DNA from: Squalus acanthias
Lineage: Eukaryota
NCBI GenBank assembly: GCA_030390025.1
Contig: CM059432.1
Coordinates: 61,072,001-61,136,000, forward strand
DNA length: 64,000 nt
Direction of reading: 5' to 3'
Shown piece by piece: positions 47,086 through 59,399 of the stretch. The stretch's first letter is position 1, and every line of letters begins with the position of its first letter. The translations under genes and the position numbers were made by a program. The notes beneath the pieces are model-generated. The model was given only the letters and a program-made list of their open reading frames with translations. It was not told the DNA's origin and made no database searches.

Positions 47086-48886
47086 GCCTCCATCCACCCA
47101 AGACCAGCACAACTACAGAAGAAAATCTTCTTGTGTAGCTTCCAGTTACATGCCCTGGGACTCCCTGAAGTAGTGAAAGTTACTTAGGAGCATAGGAATT
47201 GCTAACTGAAAAAAGTCCAAAGGTCCATCTAGTTCGCCATCTACCACCTGGTCATCGCATAATACAATGATAATGGAGTTGTTGACTAATAGCAATCAAT
47301 CTCTATCAATTAGCCTGCAACAGACCCAGACATGAGTGAGGAAAGCCCTAGTGCTTTCAGAACCATAGGTCCAATGTCACCTGTTTCTCCCAAGTCTGCT
47401 ACACTTACCACATGTCATGTATCAAAATACTCATTTATTGTATCCCCAAAAAGTTTGTATTGTCAGATAAAAATCCAACAAAAAAACGCTTCTCAAAAAA
47501 GTAGACAAAATCCAATTAAAAAAATTAACGAGAAAAGCCTGTGTTCCTATTACTGTTGCCTTTTTCACACAGCTTACCATTAGCCCTGGTGTGAACAGTG
47601 CACCCAGAGATTGGAAAATACTTTAGCGTGCCTAAAGCCTCTCATATGCATGTAAGTTGCAAATTATTCAAACCTATCAGCAAATCACAGGCATGGATTT
47701 CCAGTGGGAGCCAGGCAAAATTGCCCAATTTCACGTTGTTCATACTCCTGAATCCTACCAGCAAGACTCAGCCTGTCAACCAGAAAACCGATCTTTATAA
47801 CAATCAAGCAAATGTGTTAAATAATGTATGAATAGCCGTTCAATGGGATTGGATTTAATGCCGGACCCAGAGAACAGAAAGATAATTAAAGCACTAGTTG
47901 ATAGTGAAGTTATTAAATCAGGTGACAACTGAGCACTTTAATCAGTTTGAGATTCCCTAGTCTGGCCTTGAAATAGCATGCTCACAAACTACAGTTATTA
48001 GCAGATAGTCCTGGTGTACACAGTAGGACTTTGAAATTTAAATTGTATGCTAAGCCTGCAGGACTTTACTGGGGATTAATGTTAACTTTAAACAAATGGT
48101 AGGCTTCAATATGGCTATTGTGAGTGATTGTATTGGAAAAGTGGATTGGAGCTAATTAAAGCAAAGGGGACGAAACAGTGCTTTAATCAGCTTGGGGGTG
48201 TCACCTATTTCAGATACAGAACAGCACGATCACATAATACATCCATTACAACGTATTTGGTACAACATTGTACCACTTAAAAAATTAAGTAGAATTCAAA
48301 GAATGTAGGACTACACTGGGGATCAGTATACACTTGCAAAGATTTTCATTGAAATGATTCACTAATGTATGGCAACTTTTACACTGAATATTACAACAAA
48401 TTATAATGGTCTTAACCTTTAAACACACATCTTGAAATTGCTTTTTCATAGACATTGCATATTTAAATTTTACACAATGTTTGTTTTTGTTTGTATTAGA
48501 GAATTATTTTTCTAATATAATAAAATGTGAAAATGCAAAATATATCATGCTTAAAATGACAACAAAACCAAAGCTACTTTCAGATGATTTTGAAGCCTGG
48601 CATAGATACAACTGGGACACAAATATGTAAGTCTCTGTACTTATTTAATCTCAAATAAAGTTGGCTTGCAAGCATTCATGTACTAAGAGTAACACTTACC
48701 CAACAGTACTTATTCCTGCTGCCTAACAAATTACCTTATTCCAGGGTTCAGAATGGCTTTTTTAGCAAAGGGACACAATGGTCCTCAGAAACTCCTGGAT
48801 GGATAATTCACTATTTTGCTCTTTTAAAAAACAATCCCACTGCAACTCCCCGAATACCATTGCATTTACAAAATTTAAATCTCATA

Positions 48887-49241
48887 CAGGAAACTCTCGT
48901 TTAAACGGCACCTAAATATCTGGAATTCTCTAATAACCGGCAGAATTCATACTCCGAAAACTACAGTATACAGTCGTTTATAAGTTTTGTTTTACTGTTA
49001 AGTAATTAAAGAGTTATGGATTACCCTCAACTGGCATTACTGTACTTAATCAAGCATCTTCCACCATCCATTTAACACAACATTCTGTAGGGGAGTACCC
49101 AATTATACTGCACATTTCTTGATTTTTTTATTTTTGTTTGTTAAAAATAGCCTCGGTAGATATACCTCTCCGTTATCCGGAATTTTTAATCAACCAGCAC
49201 CATCCCGGTCCCGTCGGTGCCGGATACGAAAGAGTTTCCTG
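48887..49241. mobile_element. 355-bp pogo/Tigger-like MITE, copy 2
   Basis: TA TSD; same length as 21649-22003, with about 8 substitutions counted by eye. Confidence 0.88.
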
Positions 49242-49785
49242 TACTAAGCTAAATATCTGCTATCCGGGAAGTACTTTCTTCCTAAGAATTATGCCCATAT
49301 TAGTTATAATTTCTAAGTACTGTATAAACTTGACTTTGTTATTTTGAGAAGATCTGAATATTTATCTTCTTTGCTTTTTCATGCTCCAATCTGGATATAA
49401 CAAAGGTTGTACCTTGCAGGGACAATGTCACCATCCCACAGAAATTAAGAGTTTTTGTATTTCAGAACTGTAAAAGCCAGCATCCCTTGAATGATTTACC
49501 GTACTTCACTTCATGTAAACTGAAAGCTCTTGCTTCAGAAAAATAGAATTACATTTCCTTTAGTTTGCACTGTGCCAAGGATATATTTTACTTTCTCCTC
49601 TAATATGCTATAGCTTTAGATATTTAAAAAAATATATACATGAAACAGTCATTTTGCTTTTGCCTATTTATTTTTTCTCCCCTCCTGAAAGCGTTTACTT
49701 CTTGCTGAGGTACAATTTCACAAGTGCTCATTCTTCAGGTGACCAAACAGGGTGTTACAATCAATCCTGTTGAATGTCCACTTCC

Positions 49786-50163
49786 AAGTTGCCAAACCTC
49801 CCATGATTGTTCTGGAGTCTCCAGAAATTAAAAGGTTAATCTCCTGGATACTGCTGCAAGCATCCCGGGAGAAAAATTCATCAATAAAAACATTTCTGTG
49901 TTATTTTCAGTTTCTTTGAATACGTTTGTTTATTAGTTATAAAAATATTGGAAATGGGGAAAAAAATTATTTGATTGACAGTCAAAAATCATCCAATTGG
50001 ATAATGCAGAGTCTGTTCACTTTCCAATCGGAGTGGGAAGGTAGTGCGTTGCAAGGATGGACGTGTCAGGCAACCAACGACGGGAGCGGGGCCATTTGAG
50101 GTGGGGGAAGGGGATCACTCAATGAAGCCTCCAGGAATACATCCAACCAATGTTGGCAACCTT
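49786..50163. mobile_element. Possible decayed hAT (Blackjack-like) MITE
   Basis: Ends AAGTTGCCAAAC and GTTGGCAACCT resemble AGGGTTGCCAAC-type TIRs; no clear 8-bp TSD. Confidence 0.4.
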
Positions 50164-50997
50164 TCTACCAGTAGAGGCTACTGGTTAGCAATAAGGAGCA
50201 GACTCTGGCCAATTTCCCCCACCCCCCTCCAACGGCGCTCAGGCCAATAGTAGTACCCAAGCTACGATCAGCTGAGGACACAACAGTAATTGAACCTTCC
50301 TGCTCGACTGACTGTATAAACTCGAGTCATCTGGGAGCTTCTCAACTTTTGCCTTTTGATCTTGAGAAGGAAATGTTCTTTGCATTTGCAATGGATCATT
50401 TCCTTCCTCAAAACCATAGCAGATATAGGTATGTTAAGTACTGAGTGATGCTCAATAGCTCTTTCTGCTGCAGATTAAAATGGGTGAAACAGACATTCCA
50501 AGTCAGACTGCATGGTGCAAATAATCAGAGATACAACTGTGCAAGCAATTAAAAAATACATTACAGTACAAATAATAAAACAATAATAGTACATGTTCTT
50601 AAAAAATCAGGCTCTGGACGAGAGATTTTATATCTGAATTCTCTAAGTTGAATTTAAACAGTTGCCAGATAAAGACCAACCTGTAAAATAAACTAAAAGT
50701 CTGGTTTTACTTCTAATATTGAATAACACTTCAACAACATTTCTATTACAAGCATATTGTTATTGGGTAATCGAACATCAGTCAATACCATTATCCAATA
50801 CACCTCCAAAACGCACCAGTTATTAAAAAAAACAGGATTGCAGTTTTACCCTTTTTCTCAGAAGGATTTCAAGGTTATATTGTTTTTGAATGACTGCTGT
50901 CAGATTGATTTTCCCATATTTGCAGTAGAATTGCTAAGCACATCACAATCTCAAAATCTAGAAATAATGTTTGTTGTAACATCTAATCATTTCTTAC

Positions 50998-51302
50998 CTT
51001 GCTTCCCAAATCTCTGGAATCTCGCTCCATTTTAATCTCAGTAACTGTGTATTTGATGCGGTTTCTTCTTCCATTACTGCTGTTATCTGTGCCATAGTCT
51101 GGTGTTACCTGGACTGATAGAGGACTGTCACTCAGGTTTATTGGTTGCTCATCCTGGCTAGCAGAGTGGTCTGGATTGGCTGTTCCATTACCATTAATGT
51201 CTCCCATACTTGCATACATCTCCCCACAGTGACCTCCCTCTGCAGCACTAGCATTAAGCACCAAGGTCTCATTTCCATTGAAACACTCGACAGATGAATC
51301 TT
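50998..51302 (-). CDS. NOL4: Internal coding exon (305 nt, phase 1 to phase 0) of a nucleolar protein 4 family gene; NOL4 favoured, NOL4L not excluded
   Basis: Acceptor TTTTGTCTTTACAG|AA and donor AAG|GTAAGA; open frame (E)DSSVECFNGNETL...QDEQPINLSDSPLSVQ...EIKMERDSRDLGSK matches recalled NOL4 motifs FNGNETL, QDEQPLNLSDSPLS and KMER...GSK; lies in unique, AT-rich sequence. Confidence 0.8.
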
Positions 51303-51472
51303 CTGTAAAGACAAAAATGCCAGACTTTAGGACTTATCTACTTTACTGACCCAAACATCAGTTTCTGCAATATGAGCTGAAGTGTTCTTTCATGACAGCA
51401 TATCATATTAGCCCAATTAGCATGAGATGCAATCAGAAGCCATGGAGACTGAAACTGACATATATAGAACCA

Positions 51473-51697
51473 TGAAGGTCAGGCAGCATCTGTGGAGAGA
51501 GAAACAGAGTTAAAGTTTCAGGTCGATGACCCTTCGTCAGAACTGGGGGTTTCTAGCACCCCCAGTTCTGACGAAGGGTCATCAACCTGAAACGTTAACT
51601 CTGTTTCTCTCTCCACAGATGCTGCCTGACCTGCTGAGTATTTCCAGCATTTCCTATATTTATTTCAGATTTCCAGCATCCGCAGTATTTTGCTTTT
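51473..51697. mobile_element. Penelope-like 3'-end foldback insertion
   Basis: 74-bp inverted arms (51477-51550 and 51558-51631, 2 mismatches); perfect 13-bp TSD ATATATAGAACCA (51460-51472 and 51698-51710). Confidence 0.88.
51563..51603 (+). ncRNA. Minimal type I hammerhead ribozyme motif (mirror copy on the minus strand at about 51505-51545)
   Basis: AGTT-CTGACGA-AGGGTC-ATC-AACCT-GAAACGTT-AACT: CUGANGA and GAAA cores, stem II, palindromic ACGU stem III, AGUU/AACU stem I. Confidence 0.7.
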
Positions 51698-52932
51698 ATA
51701 TATAGAACCAGTTTGTGCTAATGCCGGTGTTTTCAATAAGCTTTCAATCTTCGTAAGACTTCATATTTTTATTTTTTAATTCCAACTGTCAGTATTCATC
51801 GCGTGGATAATAAGTTTTCCTCATTAATTATGCCTAAGTGCTGGGTTGACTTCACAATAGTTTTAGAGATCTAAACTATGCCAATATGACAGCACCCATA
51901 CCCCTGGCATGGGACGTTGCTCACTGAAATTGGCCCTCGTTGTGTCCGTTTTACGTCTGTTTCTCTAGTACTTCTCTGGGCCCCATAAGGAAAGTCTGGG
52001 CCTCTGCTGCCCGGGATCCTCCCACGTTCCTACCCCTGAAATGACCACCATACCCCACCACCAGTGGGCGGCCGAAAGGCCCCACAATTTTGACTTGCCT
52101 GAAGCCGGTCAACTGCCTCTCTCTACCTGTTTCGGGCGGGTAGCGAGCATAGCGGGATGTAAATGAGGCCTGGCCATGAAAATCGGCCAAGGCTTCCCAC
52201 GGAGACCCATCGGCTCCCTCTGGCTTTCTGCTCGGATAGTAAAATCCACCTTATCATGTTAGCCCAATAACCCAATACGGTGAGCCACATTGTCTGCCTC
52301 CATTATTAATACACCAAAAGTATCTCAGATCAAAATAACCCCACCAATTTGTTTTCTACAAAATGTTCAGTGGAATTTATGCTATTGCAAAGAGCCAGAA
52401 AATGCAGAAGCAACACGCAGTCAGAAGTTATTTTTGTCACCACTGAGGTATTGAAGATGACTGTATATGCACCCTGTGCTTTACAGGCTCTCATTTTGCA
52501 TAGATTTCATTGCTTAACAGTTATTAAACCAAGTGCTCATAGGCTGTAGCAGTATGTATGAATGAATTCATAGCAGTTAAATAGTTGGATGCATCAAATT
52601 TAAACAGTCATTAAAAGGGATTCATTTTCTCGATATATAGACCGGAATTTTCCCTACCTGGGCGGGTCCGGTGCGTGCGGCCGCCATGGCGGATCACGAG
52701 CCCGTTGCTGGTTCCATCCCACTCCACAAAACGATTTTACGCTAATAGGGCCTATTAAGCCCGCCCTGCACATTACCCGACCCAATTAATGGTGCAGGTC
52801 TGGTGATGTCATCGATGACGCGTTTTCAGCCGGGATATTTAAAGGAGCCATGGCCACATTGCATTTGAAGGCTCATCTAGGATAGTGCAGTCACTGCACT
52901 GCACAATTCCACTGCTGCCCAGACTAGCAAAG

Positions 52933-54850
52933 ATGACTGCAAAGACGCAGAGGACTACACCCAGGTTCTCCGATGACTCCCTCCATATGCTTGTGGAGGG
53001 AGTCAGAGGACGCAGGGAGGTCCTCTTCCCTGCTGATGGCCGGAAGAGACCTCCCCAGCAGACCAAGACAGCCTGGCTCCAAATTGCAGAGGAGATCAAT
53101 AGCAGGGATGTCATCAGGAGGACCTGGGTGCAGTGGCGCAAATGTTTCAAAGATCTTGTTAGATCAGGTAAGGTGAGTCCAAACCCACACTCACCTTCAT
53201 CCTGCTGTGCCTCTCATCACATCCCCATCACTCTGCCTTCCCAACCCTACTCCTGCACATCCCTACTCACACCAACATACGTTGCACCTCCACCCATCCC
53301 TCTCTCCCTATCTACATTATCACATCCCCATCTTACTAGCCACCCCTCACACTCACCCTTATCCTAGTTCAATCATACCAACTAACAACACACAAGGAGG
53401 CCACTTGGAATTGCCACCCCACTCCATCATAGTCACTCTCTACAGATGTAACCCATCCATTCCTTACATTCATTCCATCACTCTAATTCAACCTTCTCTT
53501 CTTTCCCTCCTTGCAGGAAAAGAAAGCCCACAATAAGAGGGAGAGGGAGAGAACTGGCGGTGGAACCCATCAATGGCTACCCTTACAACAGCAGAGGAGG
53601 CTGCATTAGAGCTGTCGGGAGTTGCTGAGCAGCTGGAGGTGGGAGACGGAGAGAGGGGGAAATCTCAGCAACCTGGTGACAGAATTACATCTCATACAGC
53701 CACATGGCATACAGCAGTCACTCATATGGGGACTGATGTCAGCAGCCACTGAATGGTCATCCTGTGCATAATGTTATCTGTACCCAATCTACATATGACA
53801 TATCTAACTCATCTCTTTACTCTCCCACAGGTCCATCAAGAGCCCCCCCCCCCCCACCCACTGTCTAGGAGGAAGAGGAAGACGACTCCTCAGAGGAGCC
53901 TCCAGCCTCTGAGTGTGCACTGTCACCAGACAGAGGCGCACCCAGCACCAGTGCAAAGACGCACACCTCGGTGGGTCCCTCGCGAGATAGAGTAGTGCTG
54001 TCACCGGGTCCATCACAAGTCACAAGTGAGCAAGAGCAGATGGTGGAGACAGGGACAGCAGTGAGACTCCTCGTCGGAGGGTGCAGGACTCTCCCAGCTC
54101 TGCTTAGCTGCATGCAGACGCTGAGCCTCAGGGGCCATCACAAAGAGGGTGATCCTGGAGCTGCAGGAACAAGTGGAGGAGGCTCTGACAGGTTTTGCGA
54201 GGGCGATGTCTGCAAATGTTCAGAGAATAGAGGAGTCCATCTCCAACATGAGGACCACCGTGTCGCAGGCGATGGCGACTGTAGGTTCCTCCATGGATAG
54301 GATGGCCACCTACATGGAGCAGCTAATCCGCCACTCACAGGAGCACATGGTCTCTATGGAGCATAGATAACTAGCTATAGAGGATAGATGACTATCTATG
54401 GAGAATAGATGGCAGAGGCTCATAGACCTCCTCTCTACAAGGGATGTCAGTGTAGAGGTAGGTCCTCATGGCCCCACTGATGTGCAGCAAGGTGCTCTCC
54501 AGCTCCTTGCTAGCAGGGAATTGCGGGTGGCCCATGAGAGGGATGTTGGTGAGAGGGGACATGGAAGTCGGGACTCCTCTCAAAGCACTCACACTTCTCC
54601 CCCATTGCCACCCCCTCAGTCAGAGCCCCAGATGCCTCCCCGGACAGCGATGGCTGAGTCTGCCCCTGCACAGTCGCAGGAGGAGCAGACTTTGGCAGGG
54701 CCATCACAGGCTCCAAAACCCAGAGGATGACCATCAAAAGTGTCTTAGCAGTCACAGCAGGGAAGTGAGCAGGCTGCCTCTACCTCTGCTGAAGCCACAG
54801 GGGTAGCACCATGTAGAAGCACGCGTAAGAGAAAGATGCCACACAAGTAG
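52933..54850 (+). pseudogene. Harbinger Myb/SANT-like gene; exons 52933-53172, 53517-53675, 53831-54850
   Basis: MTAKTQRTTPRFSDDSLHMLVEGV...; conserved GT/AG sites; 1-nt deletion in exon 2 and stops in exon 3; basic C-terminus RSTRKRKMPHK*. Confidence 0.88.
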
Positions 54851-55148
54851 ATTCACAAGAGTAGCCACCTGGGTGTTTTATTCAATGTTAATGTGAAGTT
54901 TTAGTTAATGTCATGTGAACCATAAATTTCTTTATTTTGAAAACTTTCTGGTCTTGGACAAATTTGTGTGCACCTTTGGAAATGGCTTAGTTAGTTGGAG
55001 TGAAGGGTCAGATCTAACTTTACCTCCAGCAATGGTGGTGACTGTGAAAGAAATGGATTGGTCATTGTAGGGATGCTTTATGGTCTGGCTGTGGGGTGTT
55101 GCCAACCTGGCGAAGCATGTGGCAGCCATATGGATGTACTGCGTAAAG

Positions 55149-56386
55149 TTAAGTAAATCTGGCCATGATGAGGCCATCCCTGGCCTCCCGGGCAGCAGTG
55201 TGCTCGGGTGCTGCTGGGATCTGGCCCACAGGTTCCTTCCGCTCCTGCTCCTCCTCATCTTCCAGCTGTTGCTCCTCCTGCTCCTTCTCCTCTGAAGAGG
55301 CTGTGCGCTCAGTGCCTAGCTCCTCATGCAGCGCTAATCCTTGCTGCTGCGCTATGTTGTGCAGGGCACAGCAGACCACGACGATTCTGGAGACCCTGGC
55401 TGGTGCATACTGAAGGGCTCCTCCAGATCTGTCAAGGCATCTGAAGTGCATTTTCAGCATGCCTATTGTCTGCTCTATGACACATCTGGTGGAGATGTGG
55501 CTTTTATTATATCTCTCCTCGGCCTCAGTACTTGGCCTCCTCAAGGGTGTCATGAGCCACGTCTTCAGTGGATAGCCCTTGTCTCCAAGCAGCCAACCAG
55601 AAAGCCTGTTTGGAGGTGTGAAGAGCTGAGGGAGGCTGGACTGGCGAAGGACAAAAGAGTCATGGCAGCTGCCAGGGAATTTGGCACACACATTCATGAT
55701 GATCTTCCTATGGTTGCAGACGAGCCGCATATTGAGGGAGTGGCAGCCTTTGTGGTTGACAAAGACTCCTGGGTTATGATGGGGTGCCCTGATGGCCACA
55801 TGTGTGCAGTCGATGATGCCCTGCACCCGTAGGAAGCCAACCAGACTGGAAAAGCTGAGCACCCGCACAGTAACACTGGCCTCATCAGTTGCAAAGTTGA
55901 TATAATTGGCTGACTTGTCAAAGAGGGCATCGGTGACCTGGGTGATGCATCGGTGGGCGGCCAACTGCAAGATGCCACAAATGTTTGCTGCAGGTCCCTG
56001 GAAGGAGCCTGAGGCGAAAAAGTTGAGGGCGCTAGTGACTCCATTGGTAAGGCATGTCCATCCGCTCCTCTGGGCTGCAGGTCTTGCTCCAGCAATCTGC
56101 AAATGTCTGCGACGACCTGGCACGATAGCCTTAGCCTCCTTTGGCACTGCTGCTCAGTCATGTTGAGGAAGCTCATCCTCTGCCTGTATACCCTGTGTTG
56201 GGGGTATTGCCTCCGGCGCACTGCAGCCCTGTGGAGCCCCCCTCTCTCCTGTGCAGCATCAGGGCGTTGAGGAGAAGGTTGGTGGTGTCGTTGTTGGTGC
56301 TGCTGGTGTGCCTGGTGCTGCTGGTGTTGGGCCTCATCGTGGTCAGATTCTGAGGACCAAGGTGAGACAGCATAAACAGCACCCAT
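55149..56386 (-). pseudogene. Harbinger DDE transposase with a single frameshift near 56040
   Basis: ORF from 56386 (MGAVYAV...LEQDLQPRG) switches frame to [14 protein letters not shown]...GIIDCTHV...GDKGY...IEQTIG...ARFT*; about 7 nt lost relative to the copy near 16720. Confidence 0.92.
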
Positions 56387-58820
56387 GCTGATGGAATAGA
56401 TGGCAGGTCAAGTAGAGTTGACAGAAGCAATCTGTGAATGGTGAAAGAGGTTCTTCCAATGAGGTGACACTGGATGGAGACTTTGTTGGAATGACTTGCA
56501 ACCTGCAGAAAGCTCAATCTGTGCTGGGAATGCAGTCAGCAACAGCTTCTGTCTGAGGAAAGTGATCAGCTGTCAGGTGGTAGCTTTTATACTACATTTG
56601 ATGCTGTCAACTAATCAGCTGGATCAATAGTCACTGAACTCCTGCCTCAGGTTGACAGGCGTGGTTCCCGAGCAGCTTGAGTCCCGTGGGCATCCAGTGA
56701 AATTGGAAAGGCAAGGTTAAAAAGACTCCTACGGGTCTGACAACAAGGTAATAAATATTTAAATTGGGTCGCCCGCCTCTGCCCATCGGGTCGCTGCCGC
56801 GCTGACAGACGCGCCCGAGGGACAGGCGCGTGGGGGCGGGATGACAGCGGGATCCCGACCCGCTCCAAGAAAAGTCAACTTTCCCACCCGACCAGCCTCT
56901 GATCGTGCCCACATGGACCCTGGAAAATTCTGGCCATAGACTGTCTTCATTTTCATATTGGGCTGAGGAGGAGTTGCATAACTTTGTAGCTACTATATGA
57001 CCTGATTAAATGCTAGAATTTATTATGTACACATTTTTAAATTCTATTTTCGGTCTATTGGCAAATGTGCCCATTGCCTTTATAATGTTGAATATGTGAT
57101 TCAAGGCACTGCAGTGTCAAACCTAGCCTCAAAATACTTTATTAGATTAAAAATCCATCAACTGTGAAGTAAAAAAAAATTGCTTTAAAATTAACTTGGA
57201 AGGGGGAGGTGTAACATCAGCATTTGTAAGGAGTGAGTACAATGGTAAATTTGCTGCCTGTATCTCTGGTTCAAATACGCATCACCTTATATTTATTCAC
57301 AGTAAAATCTTAAAATTTCATCTGGTATTCCTTAGCACTGGCAGATGGTACAGTTTGGCTCAGCGGTAGATGTAAGTCCACCAGAGTCTCCAGGTCAGAA
57401 TTCTGTCTGGAAGACCCCGGAAGCAATACCGTTGCTTGATCAGGTCGGTCTTCCTATTAAAAAGGAATAATCTGCTTGTGTGTCAGAACCTGTGGAAGCT
57501 CATCTAATGCTGCTTTTCCCACCCATTTCCTGTCGTGTTAATGAAAGTCATGTCCCCTTTACCCTAGATACCCCAACAGGATCAGGAGCAGAGGTCACCG
57601 GTGCCCGTTCAGCCACACTTCTATCTGCTGAGAGAGAGAGTGAGGGTGGGCCCGCACAAATTTTGGGCACGGATAGCTACCTCCAACTGATGCATCTTGC
57701 ATATCAGTTGCTGTGTATTCTCAGTTTTAAAACGGATAAAAATTAAATACATAGGTAAAGGAATACGTATATACATAAAGGTCATTCATTCACAGAATAA
57801 TGGACAGAGTCATAAAATTCGATCCTCAAAGCCCAGTAAAAATCCCAGAATACTATTTAAAAATTATAGAATTTGATGTAAATCAGTGTTTCTGATATTA
57901 TCAGCTACATGGGATAAATACCCCTATTGTTATAAAACACCATTCAGGCAATGGCACAGGAGATCTGCTAATAAATCTAATTTATTTTGGCAGCATTAAT
58001 GGCAATACAGATGGCAACTCTCAGAAATTGAGGTTGATATGGATTGAACTAAAAGAGGTGGCTGCCACAGCAGCCATTAGCTATTGACAATATCCATGCA
58101 GCAATGTCATTGTTGTATGTTCCTGTGCACTTGCAGTAGCGTACCAGGTTTGAAGGACACCAAAGTGTGGTCCCTTCAGCTATTTACTGGTGTAAGTCTA
58201 TTCACCTAAAATAAGCCAGAGTTACAAAGTAACTAGTTCCACAATGAGCAGAATGACATCATCACTCACTTTAGATTCTGGGGTATTGTACTGACTCCAG
58301 TTGGATTCAACAGTGCTATACTGAGTTTGGTGCTAAATTTGGTGCAGACAAGATTCAGTATTTAATTTATAGTAGCCCTGCAATTCCACTGGGGTTACCC
58401 TATCTCTTGCCGTAACTTCAGTGGGAGATTGGTGAAACCCCCGATAAGTGGTATAAACACCACTTTCAGCCAATTATGCCATTTCTCTTGCGGTTCCGCC
58501 AATCTCCTGCCAAAGTTACAGGAAAACACCCACAGAATATCAGGGTCAAAACTATTGGAGTATAAAATGTAATGGTATATTTTACAAATTCATAATCTTG
58601 GCCCCTGACATTTACGAGAAAGCGGGGAGGGAGCGGGCGAGTGTGTTTGCGAGGAGGAAACTCAGAAATCCAGGGAATGCGGCGGGCCTGCTGAATTTAA
58701 CAGCAGGACCTCTACCATTTTTTTTAAACCACCAGAAGGCCACAGTTTCAACATCTGGCTTTAATATACATCCTCCAAATGCCTGCAGCCTTTCTTTTTA
58801 AATAAGTGCAAATTCATTTT

Positions 58821-59399
58821 GGGGTCAATTTTAACTCCGGTGGGGTGCGGGGGGGGAGAGTGCTAAACGTACTCACTGGAGAAAATTTGAAACCTGGGCT
58901 ATTTTAACTCCCGGGCCTCATTAACATGACACAGGTCCACTTCCCTTCCCGGAACGGATGTAAAGTGAGCGGGAAGCGGCTGCAGGCCTTTGGAAAATGC
59001 TTGGCTACTTACTGGCAAGAGGTAGGTGTAGGGAAGGGGGTTCCAGGAGGATTTCGCGGGGGGAGGGTGTTGGGGGAGGCGGGGGGGGGGGGGAAATACA
59101 GGGAAGGGGAGGCTGTTCCTGATCCTCCTGACCCCACAAAGGAACGTAAAAAACTTTGGGCCTCTGCATCTTCCTGGAAGGTCTGACTCTCTTCCACCTG
59201 GCGGGAAAGCTGTGGCGACTTTCCCGCGTAAGCCCAAGTTAAAAATGCAGCCGGGGCCTGATGAAGTCATTGGGCGCCAAACTGCATATTTAAAGAAGGA
59301 CCCCGTCAGCTGTGGGGGGGCGGCTTAGCCTGAGTAAATATCGCGGTTGGCAGGATCTGGGTGACTTTGAGGCAGATGGGTAGGGTTAAAATCGGCCCC
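58821..59399. mobile_element. Harbinger-type MITE (579 bp)
   Basis: TIRs GGGGTCAATTTTAAC and GGGGCCGATTTTAAC; TSD TTT. Confidence 0.8.

Larger units (their letters stand above)
52640..56935. mobile_element. Full-length two-gene PIF/Harbinger transposon (4296 bp), same family as 13384-17618, inactivated
   Basis: TIRs GACCGGAATTTTCC and GGCCAGAATTTTCC; TSD ATA; colinear with 13384-17618 throughout. Confidence 0.95.
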
